From a virus (lineage: Duplodnaviria; Caudoviricetes): a stretch of 64,000 nucleotides of DNA. The position numbers were made by a program, and so were the translations under genes. A model generated the notes under the pieces. That model was given only the letters and a program-made list of their open reading frames with translations. It did not search any database and was not told the origin of the DNA. Where the stretch lies: the IMG/VR virus record IMGVR_UViG_3300005259_000074, positions 96,001 through 160,000 of that record; one strand, 5' to 3'. Of this stretch, positions 25,254 through 35,202 are shown in pieces (positions within the stretch are counted from its first letter, which is position 1; every line of letters starts with the position of its first letter).

Positions 25254-28016
25254 ATGGCGGGGATGACAAACGTGGGTGAAACTGGCACTGGTGGAGACTT
25301 CAAGACGATAGAGAAGTCTCTGAACGAGTTGTCAAAGTCTCTCAAAGAGACTGGTAAGACCATCCGCGAGGATTCTCGAAAGAGAGCTGAAGCAACTCTT
25401 CCTCGGCGAGAACACAGAGATGACACCTCAATCAGAGATGACATCGACAAGTCAATAAGGTTCTTCTCGGAGAAGATAGACAAACTTGCGACCACCTCGG
25501 AAGCATTGGCGAACTCTATCGAAGAGATAGAGAGGTCAAAAGATCTTCCAACGCGTCTGCTAGCTAACATAAAGTCGGGTACTCCTGAGTATGCTCCGTT
25601 CAAAAATAGAGAAGCGGAACTGAGCAAGAGGATAAAAGACGCCGACAGGCAGTTAGAGTCTCTCCGAAGAGAGCGCGTAGCTAACGAGAAGTTCCAAGAA
25701 GAACTCACGAAACTGATAGAACTCCAACAAGGACAGATGGAAGCGCCGGGAGGTAAGACTTCCAACGCAATGTACAACAAGTTCTCCGCACTGGGAGAGA
25801 CTGTTCCAGGCAACGTCAAAGCGCAAATGTTCCTTCAAGCGAAGGGTCTCAGAGCTGCGATGAAAGACATTGGCACCCCAAGAGATGCCATTTCTAATCA
25901 GATGAAGCAGATCCAGGACAAGATCGACCGTAACATGGACTTAGCGTTCCGCGGGGCATCTACCGGAAAAGACGAGAAAGGTCGTTTCCGCAGATTGACG
26001 ACGCTTGCGATGAACGATGCAAGACAGCTATTAGACCTCCAGAAGCTCAAGACTAAGCAAGATTCCGACTTCAAGATGCTCAAAGACCGAGTCGAAAAAG
26101 AGAAGGGGCAATTCGCCAACATACTCGATACGCTGTACGGTCCAGCAGTCAATCCAAAGCTCAGAGTGCGCGAAGACTTGTTGAAGAAGCTCAATGAGAA
26201 CATGGAAGACTTGACAGACAATATCGACGACCTCAAGACTAACCTCAAAGAGGCTGAATTATCTGAAAAGATAGCAGGGCTCCGTCGAAAGACAGAGAGG
26301 AGTTGGGTGTTGAACCCCGCTGAGATGCTGTCGAAGACGATCGGCAAGTATAAGGACAAAGCCATAGCTGCTACTCTCGGTGGACTGGGTAAAGTGACTG
26401 GACTTAGCGCGTTGACTGCTAAGAGCCAATTGATAACAGCTGAACAAGAGGAAGAGGAGTTCGCTGAGAGTCGTCAAGAGAGACAGGCTAGTAAACACAT
26501 TCGCTCTAGAAAACGCGAGCTCGAGCGCGAGCAATCGCGCATGGAAGCGACTGCTGATGAACTCGACGAGACTGTCACCAACATTGAAGAGATAAACGAC
26601 GAACTGAGAGAAGTCAAGAAGCACTTTGAAGACGTGTACAGCATCGCTGGCATCAAAAAGGACCTAGCAGACATCCTTCCAGAAGCTGCAACTCCTGTTA
26701 TGACCGAGAAGTACAGGAATAAGATAAAGACATTCAGAGGTAAGATCAATGCTGCTGGGACTGCCACGTCTGGCATCTCAGCTAACGATGCGCGGACTCG
26801 TGAAGAGAAGGCTGACAGAGTTCAAGAAGGCATAGAAGATGGAATTAATACTTTAGTAGACCTCGCGAAGAAAGAGCACAAGACCGAGAAAGCTAAGGAG
26901 AAGGGCGAGACTAAAGCATCATCTGGAATGGGGCTGACTGCGCTAGCTCTGGGGCTAGTCCAAGGCGTAGCTGGCTACGAAGCCGCTAAAGTCGCCAAAC
27001 TGTGGTCATTCGCGAGCAAGATACCGGGGATGGCGAAGCTCGCCGCGCCAATGAAAACGATGATGTCGAGCAAACTAGCGCCCATCATCACAGGAGGGCG
27101 TGAAATTACTGCAGCTGCTAAGACTGGTCTTGGAGGGATAGCGAAGCTTGGAGGCATGGGTGTCAAGGCTGCGTTAGGTGCCGAGACTGGAGCGAAAGCT
27201 CTCGGGTGGGGCGCTAAAGGACTCTCAATGATCAAGGGAGCTGCTACTTCCAAAATATCATCAGTCCTTGGAACTGCTGGCAAAGTGGCAGGGGGCGTCG
27301 CGAAAGTGATGCCAATCATCGACGTGTTAGGACTCGCTTATGGTGGCTACAAAGGCGCAACGATGGACGATAAGTCTAAGCAAGCTGAGATAGAGAGGTT
27401 GCGCCAAGCTAACAGCACATTCTCTGGGGGTCTGTGGGAAGCTACGAAGACGTTCTTCAACCCAGTACAGCAAGGGAAGAACATTGCTCTAGCTGCCAGA
27501 GAAGGTGGTGGATTAGTCAGCGATCTCTATAAGAACCACATGGATGGAATAGCCGTCATGAAGAAGACGACTGCTCTCAAAGAGAGACAAATAAAGCACC
27601 TCCAGGACATGGGAGCTTCGGACTCCGACATTTCAGCTCTTCGAGGAGCGGCACTTGAGAACGACGACCTATTCCAGAAGAAGTACCGCGAGATACTGAT
27701 GAAGAACAAAGACGCTGAGAAAGAAACTGCTAAAGCGTCCGCGGTGCCTCCAGCTAGCGCGGCAGAAGCACTGAGGAAAGCAACTGATATCGACTCGAAA
27801 GAAGTAGAAAAAGCTACCGATGCTGTCAAGACTTCTCCACAAGCTGCGAGAGATAAAGCGATTGCTGATGCCATGAACAGGGGATTTGAGATGGTCGCTG
27901 ACACTATTGTGAAAAATAAGCCAGTCGTAACTACTATTGTTCCCAAAGGGAGCCCTCCTAGAGACAGCCGATACCCAGTGTTGAGTTCTGCTCTGCCGTC
28001 GGGTGCGGGAAACTGA
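25254..28016 (+). CDS. tape-measure/hub-like protein (gp29-like)
   Basis: 920 aa, long coiled-coil region followed by G/A-rich hydrophobic segments; directly follows the chaperone pair. Confidence 0.65.
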   Translation: MAGMTNVGETGTGGDFKTIEKSLNELSKSLKETGKTIREDSRKRAEATLPRREHRDDTSIRDDIDKSIRFFSEKIDKLATTSEALANSIEEIERSKDLPTRLLANIKSGTPEYAPFKNREAELSKRIKDADRQLESLRRERVANEKFQEELTKLIELQQGQMEAPGGKTSNAMYNKFSALGETVPGNVKAQMFLQAKGLRAAMKDIGTPRDAISNQMKQIQDKIDRNMDLAFRGASTGKDEKGRFRRLTTLAMNDARQLLDLQKLKTKQDSDFKMLKDRVEKEKGQFANILDTLYGPAVNPKLRVREDLLKKLNENMEDLTDNIDDLKTNLKEAELSEKIAGLRRKTERSWVLNPAEMLSKTIGKYKDKAIAATLGGLGKVTGLSALTAKSQLITAEQEEEEFAESRQERQASKHIRSRKRELEREQSRMEATADELDETVTNIEEINDELREVKKHFEDVYSIAGIKKDLADILPEAATPVMTEKYRNKIKTFRGKINAAGTATSGISANDARTREEKADRVQEGIEDGINTLVDLAKKEHKTEKAKEKGETKASSGMGLTALALGLVQGVAGYEAAKVAKLWSFASKIPGMAKLAAPMKTMMSSKLAPIITGGREITAAAKTGLGGIAKLGGMGVKAALGAETGAKALGWGAKGLSMIKGAATSKISSVLGTAGKVAGGVAKVMPIIDVLGLAYGGYKGATMDDKSKQAEIERLRQANSTFSGGLWEATKTFFNPVQQGKNIALAAREGGGLVSDLYKNHMDGIAVMKKTTALKERQIKHLQDMGASDSDISALRGAALENDDLFQKKYREILMKNKDAEKETAKASAVPPASAAEALRKATDIDSKEVEKATDAVKTSPQAARDKAIADAMNRGFEMVADTIVKNKPVVTTIVPKGSPPRDSRYPVLSSALPSGAGN

Positions 28017-28053
28017 AGTAAATAGTTCTAGAACAACTCCGCGGAGATCTTTA

Positions 28054-29253
28054 ATGGCCAGCAACACTAACCAGCAGTCAACTAGCATCTCTGGACCGGG
28101 AGACGTCAGGTACGAGCTGACATTCAGGAGCGGCAAAGGAGCTGCGACCCCATCGACTAACGTGCAGAACGGCACGACTGCTGCCAACACTAACACAGCT
28201 TACAGTATCAATGACTACACATGGGCTCAGGGATTTGGAGATGGAAGAGCTTTCGGCTCTACGTCAGATCTAGGTCTCGCTGTTCCGAAGTTGATATGCA
28301 CCGAGTTCCAACCGACTAGGACATTCGGATGGAACACCCTCTTGGGTGAGACGCTGAACTCACTGACGGGATTCCTCGGTGGTTTAGGTGGAGGTTGGGG
28401 TGAAAAAGCGGCTGGAGTACTGACCGATAAGATAGTGTTCAACCCTCAGACATTTTTGAACTCCTATGCGCAAGGTGGTGGGAAGTCTGCGCTGGGCACT
28501 GAGAGCATGACGTTCATCAAGCAACTATTCACTGGCATATACCTAAAATCGTACGAACTTCCCTATTTTGGGAAGACGTTCATCAATGCCGACACATCAG
28601 ATTCGTGGTCGGTCGGTGGTTCTGACGTCGCGATAGGCACCACTGCGAGCAAATTCTTAGAGGAAAGGTACTCGATAAACTTCCCGATGGTGCCCGTGTG
28701 GAACCACGGTAAAGACAACTATCTTAACTTCGATTTCGACTTCTATCTCATCAATACAAGCGTAGACTCGCTAGTCAGTAACTTCAAGTTCTTGACGGCC
28801 TTCGCCTCTGGCAACTTTTGGGTGCAGTTGGGCATGGTGCAGCAGTCCCCTAACGTATGGGACATACAAGTGCCGGGTCGGTTCCACATATACTTCGCAG
28901 CGATGGGAGTGAAAGTCGAGTACGCTGGTAAGACGCGCTTGAGCTCGGCTGCTACTAACAAGCTGAACGGCTCCGGGTCATACAGCCTCCCATCTGACAT
29001 GTTGTTCCCAGATGCTTACCACGTGGAGATAACTGTGAAATCTTTCACGCCGAACAACTTCAACTGCTTCTTGGAGTACTTCAAGAACGGAGACAAGGTG
29101 ACGGTGGGCGACTCTACGACTACTATCGGCAACGTCAAGTCCGGACAGCAGGTCACATCGCTAGACCCGAACAAAGCTGCGGTGAATACCCTCATCAACA
29201 CGACGGGGTCAACTGATCTCGTCAACCAAGCTAGAAAAATGATGAACAAGTGA
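28054..29253 (+). CDS. baseplate-tail tube cap-like protein (gp48-like)
   Basis: Late promoter GTAAATA at 28018-28024; F.FDFYLINT, Q.SPNVWDIQ.PG, V.ITVKS; position before gp53. Confidence 0.5.
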   Translation: MASNTNQQSTSISGPGDVRYELTFRSGKGAATPSTNVQNGTTAANTNTAYSINDYTWAQGFGDGRAFGSTSDLGLAVPKLICTEFQPTRTFGWNTLLGETLNSLTGFLGGLGGGWGEKAAGVLTDKIVFNPQTFLNSYAQGGGKSALGTESMTFIKQLFTGIYLKSYELPYFGKTFINADTSDSWSVGGSDVAIGTTASKFLEERYSINFPMVPVWNHGKDNYLNFDFDFYLINTSVDSLVSNFKFLTAFASGNFWVQLGMVQQSPNVWDIQVPGRFHIYFAAMGVKVEYAGKTRLSSAATNKLNGSGSYSLPSDMLFPDAYHVEITVKSFTPNNFNCFLEYFKNGDKVTVGDSTTTIGNVKSGQQVTSLDPNKAAVNTLINTTGSTDLVNQARKMMNK

Positions 29254-29257
29254 AAAC

Positions 29258-29620
29258 ATGCAAGTATCAGATCTAGTCACACTGAGCCAGTACAACTTCG
29301 CGAACATATTCGACGTCGCGAAGAACTCCGACGGGAACTACGGGTTCGTCATCAACAAGTCGGTGTACATCCCCAATCCAGATATGATGTACACCACGTA
29401 CTACACCAACTACACAGTAGAGGTGAACGACACCTGGCCGCTGATCAGCTACAAGACCTACGGCACTACTGAGCTGTGGTGGTTGGTGTGCAAGACTAAC
29501 CAAGTGATAGATGCTACGGTGTCTCCCAATCCCGGAGACATCATACGCCTCCTGACTAAGGAGATAGCACAGGGCATTCTCAACTCGATGCAGAACGTCG
29601 GGCAAGTGGTGGAGAGCTGA
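29258..29620 (+). CDS. gp53: baseplate wedge protein gp53-like (LysM-type)
   Basis: YTVEVNDTWPLISYKTYGTTELWWLVCKTNQVID. Confidence 0.8.
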   Translation: MQVSDLVTLSQYNFANIFDVAKNSDGNYGFVINKSVYIPNPDMMYTTYYTNYTVEVNDTWPLISYKTYGTTELWWLVCKTNQVIDATVSPNPGDIIRLLTKEIAQGILNSMQNVGQVVES

Positions 29621-30888
29621 TGATCAGTCCAAACATACAGCTGAACGACGACAAGTACTTCCGGGAAATAGTCATCGGGCGCATGAAAGATGACACTACT
29701 AACACAGTCTTTGACAAGTTAGTAGTGCCAGACGACTCCGTACACAACATGACGCTGACAACAGACGTAGCAGAACCCTACCCGACGCTGACTATCACCG
29801 TAGCAGACCCGGACGGGGGTAAGAGCGTGCCGAAGTACCAGCCAGACGGTTACAGCGTCATCCAGCTGACTTTCTCCTACTATGACACCTCTTCTAACAA
29901 GCCTTACACGATGCAGCACCGGTTCGTCATAACTAACTGCGAGATAGTCAGCAGGACCAACGAAGAAGCTATATTCCTACTGACGGCTGTCACATTCTAC
30001 TACCCAATACTGAACGCGAGAGTGGCTTACGCCGACCAGAACGACACCTCTTGCACAAGGCACATACAGAGCCTCTTGAAGACGGTCGGTCTCCCTGTCG
30101 CTGCGCCCGCTGGGTTCAACCACTCTTCTAGGAAGATGCCCTTTACGTCTACGGCCAACGACACCGTTATGGCAAACGTCAACTTCTTACTAAAGCACTC
30201 GAACACCGCTGACACAGGGATATACTGGCTCTGCTTCAACATGCTAGACAACCAGTACAGCGTAGTGTCGCTCAAAGACCTGTTCAAGTCTAAACCGCTG
30301 TACTTCAACGCGACTACCGTCGGCACTAAGCACGGCTTTAGCTCTATGGAAGCCCTGTCGGACGCCGAGCGGACTAATAACTACATCGGTGGAGTAGAGA
30401 TGTACGACTTCGCCAGCCAGACTACGGTACACAACTTCGACTACGCTACGCGCACATGGAACCCCAACGTGTATCCGACTAAGAGGATCCGTCAGTTCTT
30501 TCCTCGAAGTCCAGACTTACAAGACAGGATAGTCGACCACCTAGTCGTGAACGTCCCTAGCTCTTACACGCGCAAGGGGGCTAAGTTCGAGATACAGCGC
30601 GCAAACACCACGGAACAGATGCTGGGAGACAGAGTCGACAAAGTGCTGCGCTACGGAGACGTGCTGCAGCTAGATGTCAGGGGTTTCATAGCGAGAGACG
30701 TCGGACAGCTCTTCGTGGTGTCGGCCAGCAGAGACGACGACGCCAACTTCAAGAAGTTCTCGGGTGTCTACGCTATCACCAGGGTGTACAGCACGTGGAC
30801 AAGGGGCATATACAACCAGAACTTGAGCTTGGTCAGAGTGCAAAAACCATCGTACTACTTGCAGAGCGGCAGCATCGGCGCTAACTGA
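29620..30888 (+). CDS. baseplate hub protein (gp27-like)
   Basis: C-terminal L.V.G...RDVGQL.V...FSGVYAITRV pattern; lies between gp53 and gp5. Confidence 0.55.
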   Translation: MISPNIQLNDDKYFREIVIGRMKDDTTNTVFDKLVVPDDSVHNMTLTTDVAEPYPTLTITVADPDGGKSVPKYQPDGYSVIQLTFSYYDTSSNKPYTMQHRFVITNCEIVSRTNEEAIFLLTAVTFYYPILNARVAYADQNDTSCTRHIQSLLKTVGLPVAAPAGFNHSSRKMPFTSTANDTVMANVNFLLKHSNTADTGIYWLCFNMLDNQYSVVSLKDLFKSKPLYFNATTVGTKHGFSSMEALSDAERTNNYIGGVEMYDFASQTTVHNFDYATRTWNPNVYPTKRIRQFFPRSPDLQDRIVDHLVVNVPSSYTRKGAKFEIQRANTTEQMLGDRVDKVLRYGDVLQLDVRGFIARDVGQLFVVSASRDDDANFKKFSGVYAITRVYSTWTRGIYNQNLSLVRVQKPSYYLQSGSIGAN

Positions 30889-30891
30889 TCT

Positions 30892-30899
30892 TATAAATA
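30892..30899 (+). promoter_or_regulatory. late promoter TATAAATA
   Basis: Exact T4 late consensus. Confidence 0.75.
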
Positions 30900-30928
30900 A
30901 CGAGAACCAACTAACGGAGCGAATTGAC

Positions 30929-31219
30929 ATGTCTAAACGCAACGAATTCTTGAAGATCTACGAGAACGTTCGCATGAGCGATGAACAGAAACCCATGACA
31001 GAGAGCGTTGAGAGAGAATTGCAAGCTAAGTGTGTGGCGTCAGCGAAATCTCTGAATGACGCTGAACGCGTGTTGCAGAAAGCTATCGACATCGCTTCGA
31101 AAGAAGTCAAGAAAGACGCGACTCTCGGAGACGTCGTGGGCGACCTCGTAGCAGCTAAGGAAACTCTCGTCAAGCTGGTCAAAGACATCAACGACATCGA
31201 GACTAAGCTCGTAGGGTAA
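30929..31219 (+). CDS. small helical protein in its own transcription unit
   Basis: Own late promoter and terminator; MSKRNEFLKIYE leader-like start. Confidence 0.65.
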   Translation: MSKRNEFLKIYENVRMSDEQKPMTESVERELQAKCVASAKSLNDAERVLQKAIDIASKEVKKDATLGDVVGDLVAAKETLVKLVKDINDIETKLVG

Positions 31220-31236
31220 AACTGATTCTTCACAGG

Positions 31237-31260
31237 GCGGGGAGTGATCCCCGCTTTCTC
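31237..31260 (+). terminator. rho-independent terminator
   Basis: GCGGGGA-GTGA-TCCCCGC stem with GNRA loop, then TTTCTC. Confidence 0.75.
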
Positions 31261-31287
31261 AGTCTGTAGCGAAGATAAATACTATCG

Positions 31288-32649
31288 ATGAGCGACAAAG
31301 TAACAGTTCCCTACTACGGCAACTTCAGGGGGATAGTCATCTCTAACGACGATCCGCTTGTCAAAGGTCGTCTGAAGATATTTGTCCACGGCGTCTACCC
31401 AGAAGACTTCAAGGACAAGCCGGGAAAGCTCCCGTGGGCTGAGCCTGCTATGCCACTGGGTGGAGGCAGTTGGACCAACGAGAACTCCGGGATGAACTCC
31501 GAGACTGGGGTGACTACTATCCCCCATGCCGGGAACTCCGGATCTAATGGCGCGATACTATGGGTCTTCTTCGAACAGGGACAAGCTCAACGTCCTGTGT
31601 ACTTCGCTGCGTGTCAAGGCGGAGACGGTTGGCTCAGCGAGCACAAAAACCAACACGTCATGAAGACAGATAACGTCACCGTGAGGATCGACGAGAACCC
31701 GTCTCTTCCGACGGCTGTCAACCCAGCTCTGGTGTTCAAGTTCAGCTACGTCAAGACGCAAGTGGATTCTAATGGGACTAACTCTACCGTCAACCAGGAG
31801 TCTAGGCAGTTCAGCTCGTACGAAGCTGGAGAAGCTTGGATAGGGACTGTCGAATCAGCGTTAGAGGTGAACCAGAACATAACGTGGGACTGGGTGAGGC
31901 TGGCAGATTCTGGAGTCGAGAGGTCGTCGTGTAAGTTCGACAGTTACAACTCGAAGAACACCGCAGTCTCCATAGGCGACGACTCCAAGAGCCAGATGCC
32001 GACTCGCGTAGACGTGCAGATAGACAACCCAACTGGCTGTGGGCTCAACTTGGTGGTCAACGGCGCGGTCAACATCAAAGTGGTGGGGTCAGTCTACGAG
32101 GAGATAACCGGCAACAAGCACGAGACGCTGATTGGCAACCTCTACAGAAAGCACGTGGGAGACTCTTACATCGTCCACGAGGGAGTCGTCAAGTACGAAC
32201 ACACAGGCGACTACTCGGAGACCAGCGTAGGCGACAAATACATAAAGCAAACAGGCATGAGACAGGAATTCGTCACCAACAAGTACACACTGGTGACGCA
32301 GTCTGACTACAGCCTCACCGCTGCCAACAACATAACTGACACAGCAGGAGGAAACCTCGTAGAGAACATCACTGGAACGAGGGCCGCAAGAGTCGGAGGT
32401 TCAGTGAATTACATCGCAGCAGGTGATTACATCGCGATGGTCAGTGGAAAAAATTTACAGATGTCAGGTGGAGACGCTGTCCAGATGGCGATCGCGGGAA
32501 ACACTCATAGGTACGCGTTCGGAGGCACTGTGCTAGACAAAGGTCTGACTTGCACTAGGAAAGCTTCTACTTACGTCTACGACTACGCTGGAAGTCAGAT
32601 ACACCACGACCAAGCAGCATACAGTCCAACTCCTGAGGTGACACTGTGA
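31288..32649 (+). CDS. gp5: baseplate central spike gp5-like (OB fold + beta-helix, no lysozyme domain)
   Basis: YYGNFRGIVISNDDP..KGRLKI...PWAEPAMP; C-terminal V.G....I.GN repeats; promoter GATAAATA 31274-31281. Confidence 0.85.
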   Translation: MSDKVTVPYYGNFRGIVISNDDPLVKGRLKIFVHGVYPEDFKDKPGKLPWAEPAMPLGGGSWTNENSGMNSETGVTTIPHAGNSGSNGAILWVFFEQGQAQRPVYFAACQGGDGWLSEHKNQHVMKTDNVTVRIDENPSLPTAVNPALVFKFSYVKTQVDSNGTNSTVNQESRQFSSYEAGEAWIGTVESALEVNQNITWDWVRLADSGVERSSCKFDSYNSKNTAVSIGDDSKSQMPTRVDVQIDNPTGCGLNLVVNGAVNIKVVGSVYEEITGNKHETLIGNLYRKHVGDSYIVHEGVVKYEHTGDYSETSVGDKYIKQTGMRQEFVTNKYTLVTQSDYSLTAANNITDTAGGNLVENITGTRAARVGGSVNYIAAGDYIAMVSGKNLQMSGGDAVQMAIAGNTHRYAFGGTVLDKGLTCTRKASTYVYDYAGSQIHHDQAAYSPTPEVTL

Positions 32650-33689
32650 GCAATCCAACACCATCTCAGATCAACGCGCAGCTGACAGCTCTGTCTAACG
32701 CTCCAGGCATATCGATACCTGGAGGCGATGTAGCGTTGTCGTCTCTAGCCACTAGTGCAGCCCCAGCACTCGGAAAAGGAGCGCTGATATCCGGCAACGG
32801 ATCTCCTCTGAACCCCGGGCCAAAGAACGAAGCCACGTTAGATAACTTGTGTGGACTCAGCTCTTCTCTAAAAGACATATCTTTCACAGTCCCTTCGATA
32901 TCATTCACTTTTCCGCCGCTCGATTTCAACTTACCGTCGGTGCCGTCTCTCAGCCTTGCGTTCAAAGTGTGTACGCAAGCTCAGGCTGATAACGTCGTAG
33001 CTAATGCTGCATCTGCAGGAATGACAGTTCCGATAGCCGCAGCGCAAGAGAGTGTTTCAGCTAAAGGTTCTATAGCGGGAGCAGTCGCGATGGAACAACA
33101 ATCATTCTCTTCTTCTCTAGCTACGATGCAATCTTCACAGAGCACAGCTAGTTCTACGTTTGTCAGCGGAGTCACAGGGCCTTTCAGTGTTCTAGCCCCA
33201 GATTCCGCCGGGTTTGCAGAGTCATTTGAGAGCTCTCTTAGCACTCTCAACGTGTGTCGCTTACAGGGGATAAACTTACCGATCGGCTCTATGGGGCCGT
33301 GTCTAGCGGCGATTCGAAATGCGTTGGCAGCGGCCATAGTAAACACTGGGATGTCTAACAGCATGTTATCCGCTGGAATACCTTCTACCACTGTTTCTAA
33401 CCTCTCAGCTGCTGGGGGAACAGATGGAATAATGGCAAACCCGGCTGGAGTGATCGACGCATTCAAGAGTGTCGGAATGAACGTCGCGGAGAGCGATGGG
33501 AAGACATTAGACTTGGCTAAGATACCCGGAGCTGTCACACTGGAGCAAGCTGGGCAGCAGGCGACTGCGCTGACTACCGATTACGGACGAGGAGTCGGGC
33601 AGAATCCTGACCAAGTTGCATTTGCGAACGGGATCAGCAACACACAGAAGCAAGTGGACTCTCTCAGCAGCTTAGTGAAGAAGTACTGA
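32646..33689 (+). CDS. hypothetical S/A-rich baseplate-associated protein
   Basis: GTGA-coupled between gp5 and PAAR. Confidence 0.55.
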   Translation: MSNPTPSQINAQLTALSNAPGISIPGGDVALSSLATSAAPALGKGALISGNGSPLNPGPKNEATLDNLCGLSSSLKDISFTVPSISFTFPPLDFNLPSVPSLSLAFKVCTQAQADNVVANAASAGMTVPIAAAQESVSAKGSIAGAVAMEQQSFSSSLATMQSSQSTASSTFVSGVTGPFSVLAPDSAGFAESFESSLSTLNVCRLQGINLPIGSMGPCLAAIRNALAAAIVNTGMSNSMLSAGIPSTTVSNLSAAGGTDGIMANPAGVIDAFKSVGMNVAESDGKTLDLAKIPGAVTLEQAGQQATALTTDYGRGVGQNPDQVAFANGISNTQKQVDSLSSLVKKY

Positions 33690-33692
33690 CCC

Positions 33693-34037
33693 ATGCCAGG
33701 GCTCATCAGAGACTTTTCAGCCGACAACTGTGGTAACGGCAACATAGGAACACCTAAGCAGTCGTTCTGCTTTGCTGATGGCTACAAGATAGCCCTCTTA
33801 GGAGAGAAAGTCAACAAGTCTCCTCATGACACCACGATGGTCCAATCTAGCGCAATAACTTACATCGGAGGAATCGGAGTCTGTAGGAACGGAGACTTAG
33901 CTGGAGACGCGTCGTCGGCTCGCTACGGTAGCTCTGCGGTGTTTGCTGACGACTACTCGCCTCCTCCTGGCGCATTCGATGTCGTCGACTACGGCGAGGA
34001 AGTGCTCGACTCCGGAGTTCAAGTCGTCGACACGTGA
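33693..34037 (+). CDS. PAAR-like spike tip (gp5.4-like)
   Basis: D.CG...FADG.KIALLG....PH....SS...IGG..V.R.GD. Confidence 0.75.
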   Translation: MPGLIRDFSADNCGNGNIGTPKQSFCFADGYKIALLGEKVNKSPHDTTMVQSSAITYIGGIGVCRNGDLAGDASSARYGSSAVFADDYSPPPGAFDVVDYGEEVLDSGVQVVDT

Positions 34038-34051
34038 ACAGTCGAACACTT

Positions 34052-34059
34052 TATAAATA
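34052..34059 (+). promoter_or_regulatory. late promoter TATAAATA
   Basis: Exact T4 late consensus, upstream of 34091. Confidence 0.75.
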
Positions 34060-34090
34060 GATCGTTACCGCTATTTGGAGGTCTCTTCCG

Positions 34091-34756
34091 ATGAAATTTG
34101 ACGTCTTCTGCCGTAAGATAAACGAAGCATCTGCTGTTGGTAAGAAGGTAAAGAACTTATCCAACTCTTCTGAGATGTATGATCCCAATAAACCGAACGA
34201 CAAGCGCGCATTCTTTGACAAATTTGTAGCTGACAACGCAGCTAAAGCTAAATGCAAAGCAGACAAAGAGAAAGAGGAGAAAGTTCCAGAAGTCCAAGAA
34301 CCAGATGAAAATATCCTCAATAACGAGAAGTTAGAAGACAAGAAAAAAGACGTCGCAGAAGAGATCGCTGACCTATTCAAGAAAGCTCTAGATGGTGATA
34401 CTGCTGAGATATTAGACTCAGTGAAAGATTCTGGATTGATAGAGACTATCAAGACTTTCATCAAAGATGTGTACTCTGCGCAAGACGGTGTGCAACCGTC
34501 ATCGAGAATGGTAGCGCTCACCAATATAGAAACGATAGCAGACCAGGTGTCCGACAAGTTAGACGGCATCTTCGCTAACGACAATGTAGAAAACTGGGAC
34601 ACCGGAGAAGGCGAAGACGAGGAAGAAGACTACAGCGGCATTGACTATGACGATAGCGAAGACGACTCCACTGACGACACTGAGGAAGAGGAGCCCGAAG
34701 AAGAAACGGACGACACTGAAGATGATGAAGAGTCTGACGACACTGAGGAAGAGTGA
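34091..34756 (+). CDS. highly acidic protein, prohead-core/scaffold-like
   Basis: MKFDVFCRKINEAS start; D/E-rich C-terminus. Confidence 0.55.
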   Translation: MKFDVFCRKINEASAVGKKVKNLSNSSEMYDPNKPNDKRAFFDKFVADNAAKAKCKADKEKEEKVPEVQEPDENILNNEKLEDKKKDVAEEIADLFKKALDGDTAEILDSVKDSGLIETIKTFIKDVYSAQDGVQPSSRMVALTNIETIADQVSDKLDGIFANDNVENWDTGEGEDEEEDYSGIDYDDSEDDSTDDTEEEEPEEETDDTEDDEESDDTEEE

Positions 34757-34762
34757 TCAACT

Positions 34763-35197
34763 ATGGGATCGATGATATTCGACCTCACCACTGGGTCACC
34801 GAGTGTGTCGAAGACGTGGACTTACAGTGACCTGAACACGACGATGGCGATCAATGCATCGAATAGAGACGTCATCACCAATTTAGACATCAACGCGGTG
34901 CAAGATGGGATAACTAACATGTTCCTCTTCGCTCCCGGGGAGCGGATACTCTACCCGACGTTTGGCAACAGCTTGTACAAGTACCTCTACCAACCGATAA
35001 ACGACTTGACAGCCAAACAACTCGGTCGCGCGGTCGTCGCGATGTTCGAGCAGTGGGAACCTAGAGTCACGATACAGACCGTCACCGTAACACCAAATCC
35101 CGACGCTAACTACTACAAAGTCGCTGTCACTTACTCTATACCGACGCTGAATGCGACAGACTTGAATTTCTCGCTCTCAGTCAACTCCAGGAGATGA
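34763..35197 (+). CDS. gp25: baseplate wedge subunit gp25-like
   Basis: YSDL, AVQDGITN......GER..YPTFGNSL..YLYQP, WEPRV. Confidence 0.9.
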   Translation: MGSMIFDLTTGSPSVSKTWTYSDLNTTMAINASNRDVITNLDINAVQDGITNMFLFAPGERILYPTFGNSLYKYLYQPINDLTAKQLGRAVVAMFEQWEPRVTIQTVTVTPNPDANYYKVAVTYSIPTLNATDLNFSLSVNSRR

Positions 35198-35202
35198 TAT
35201 AG

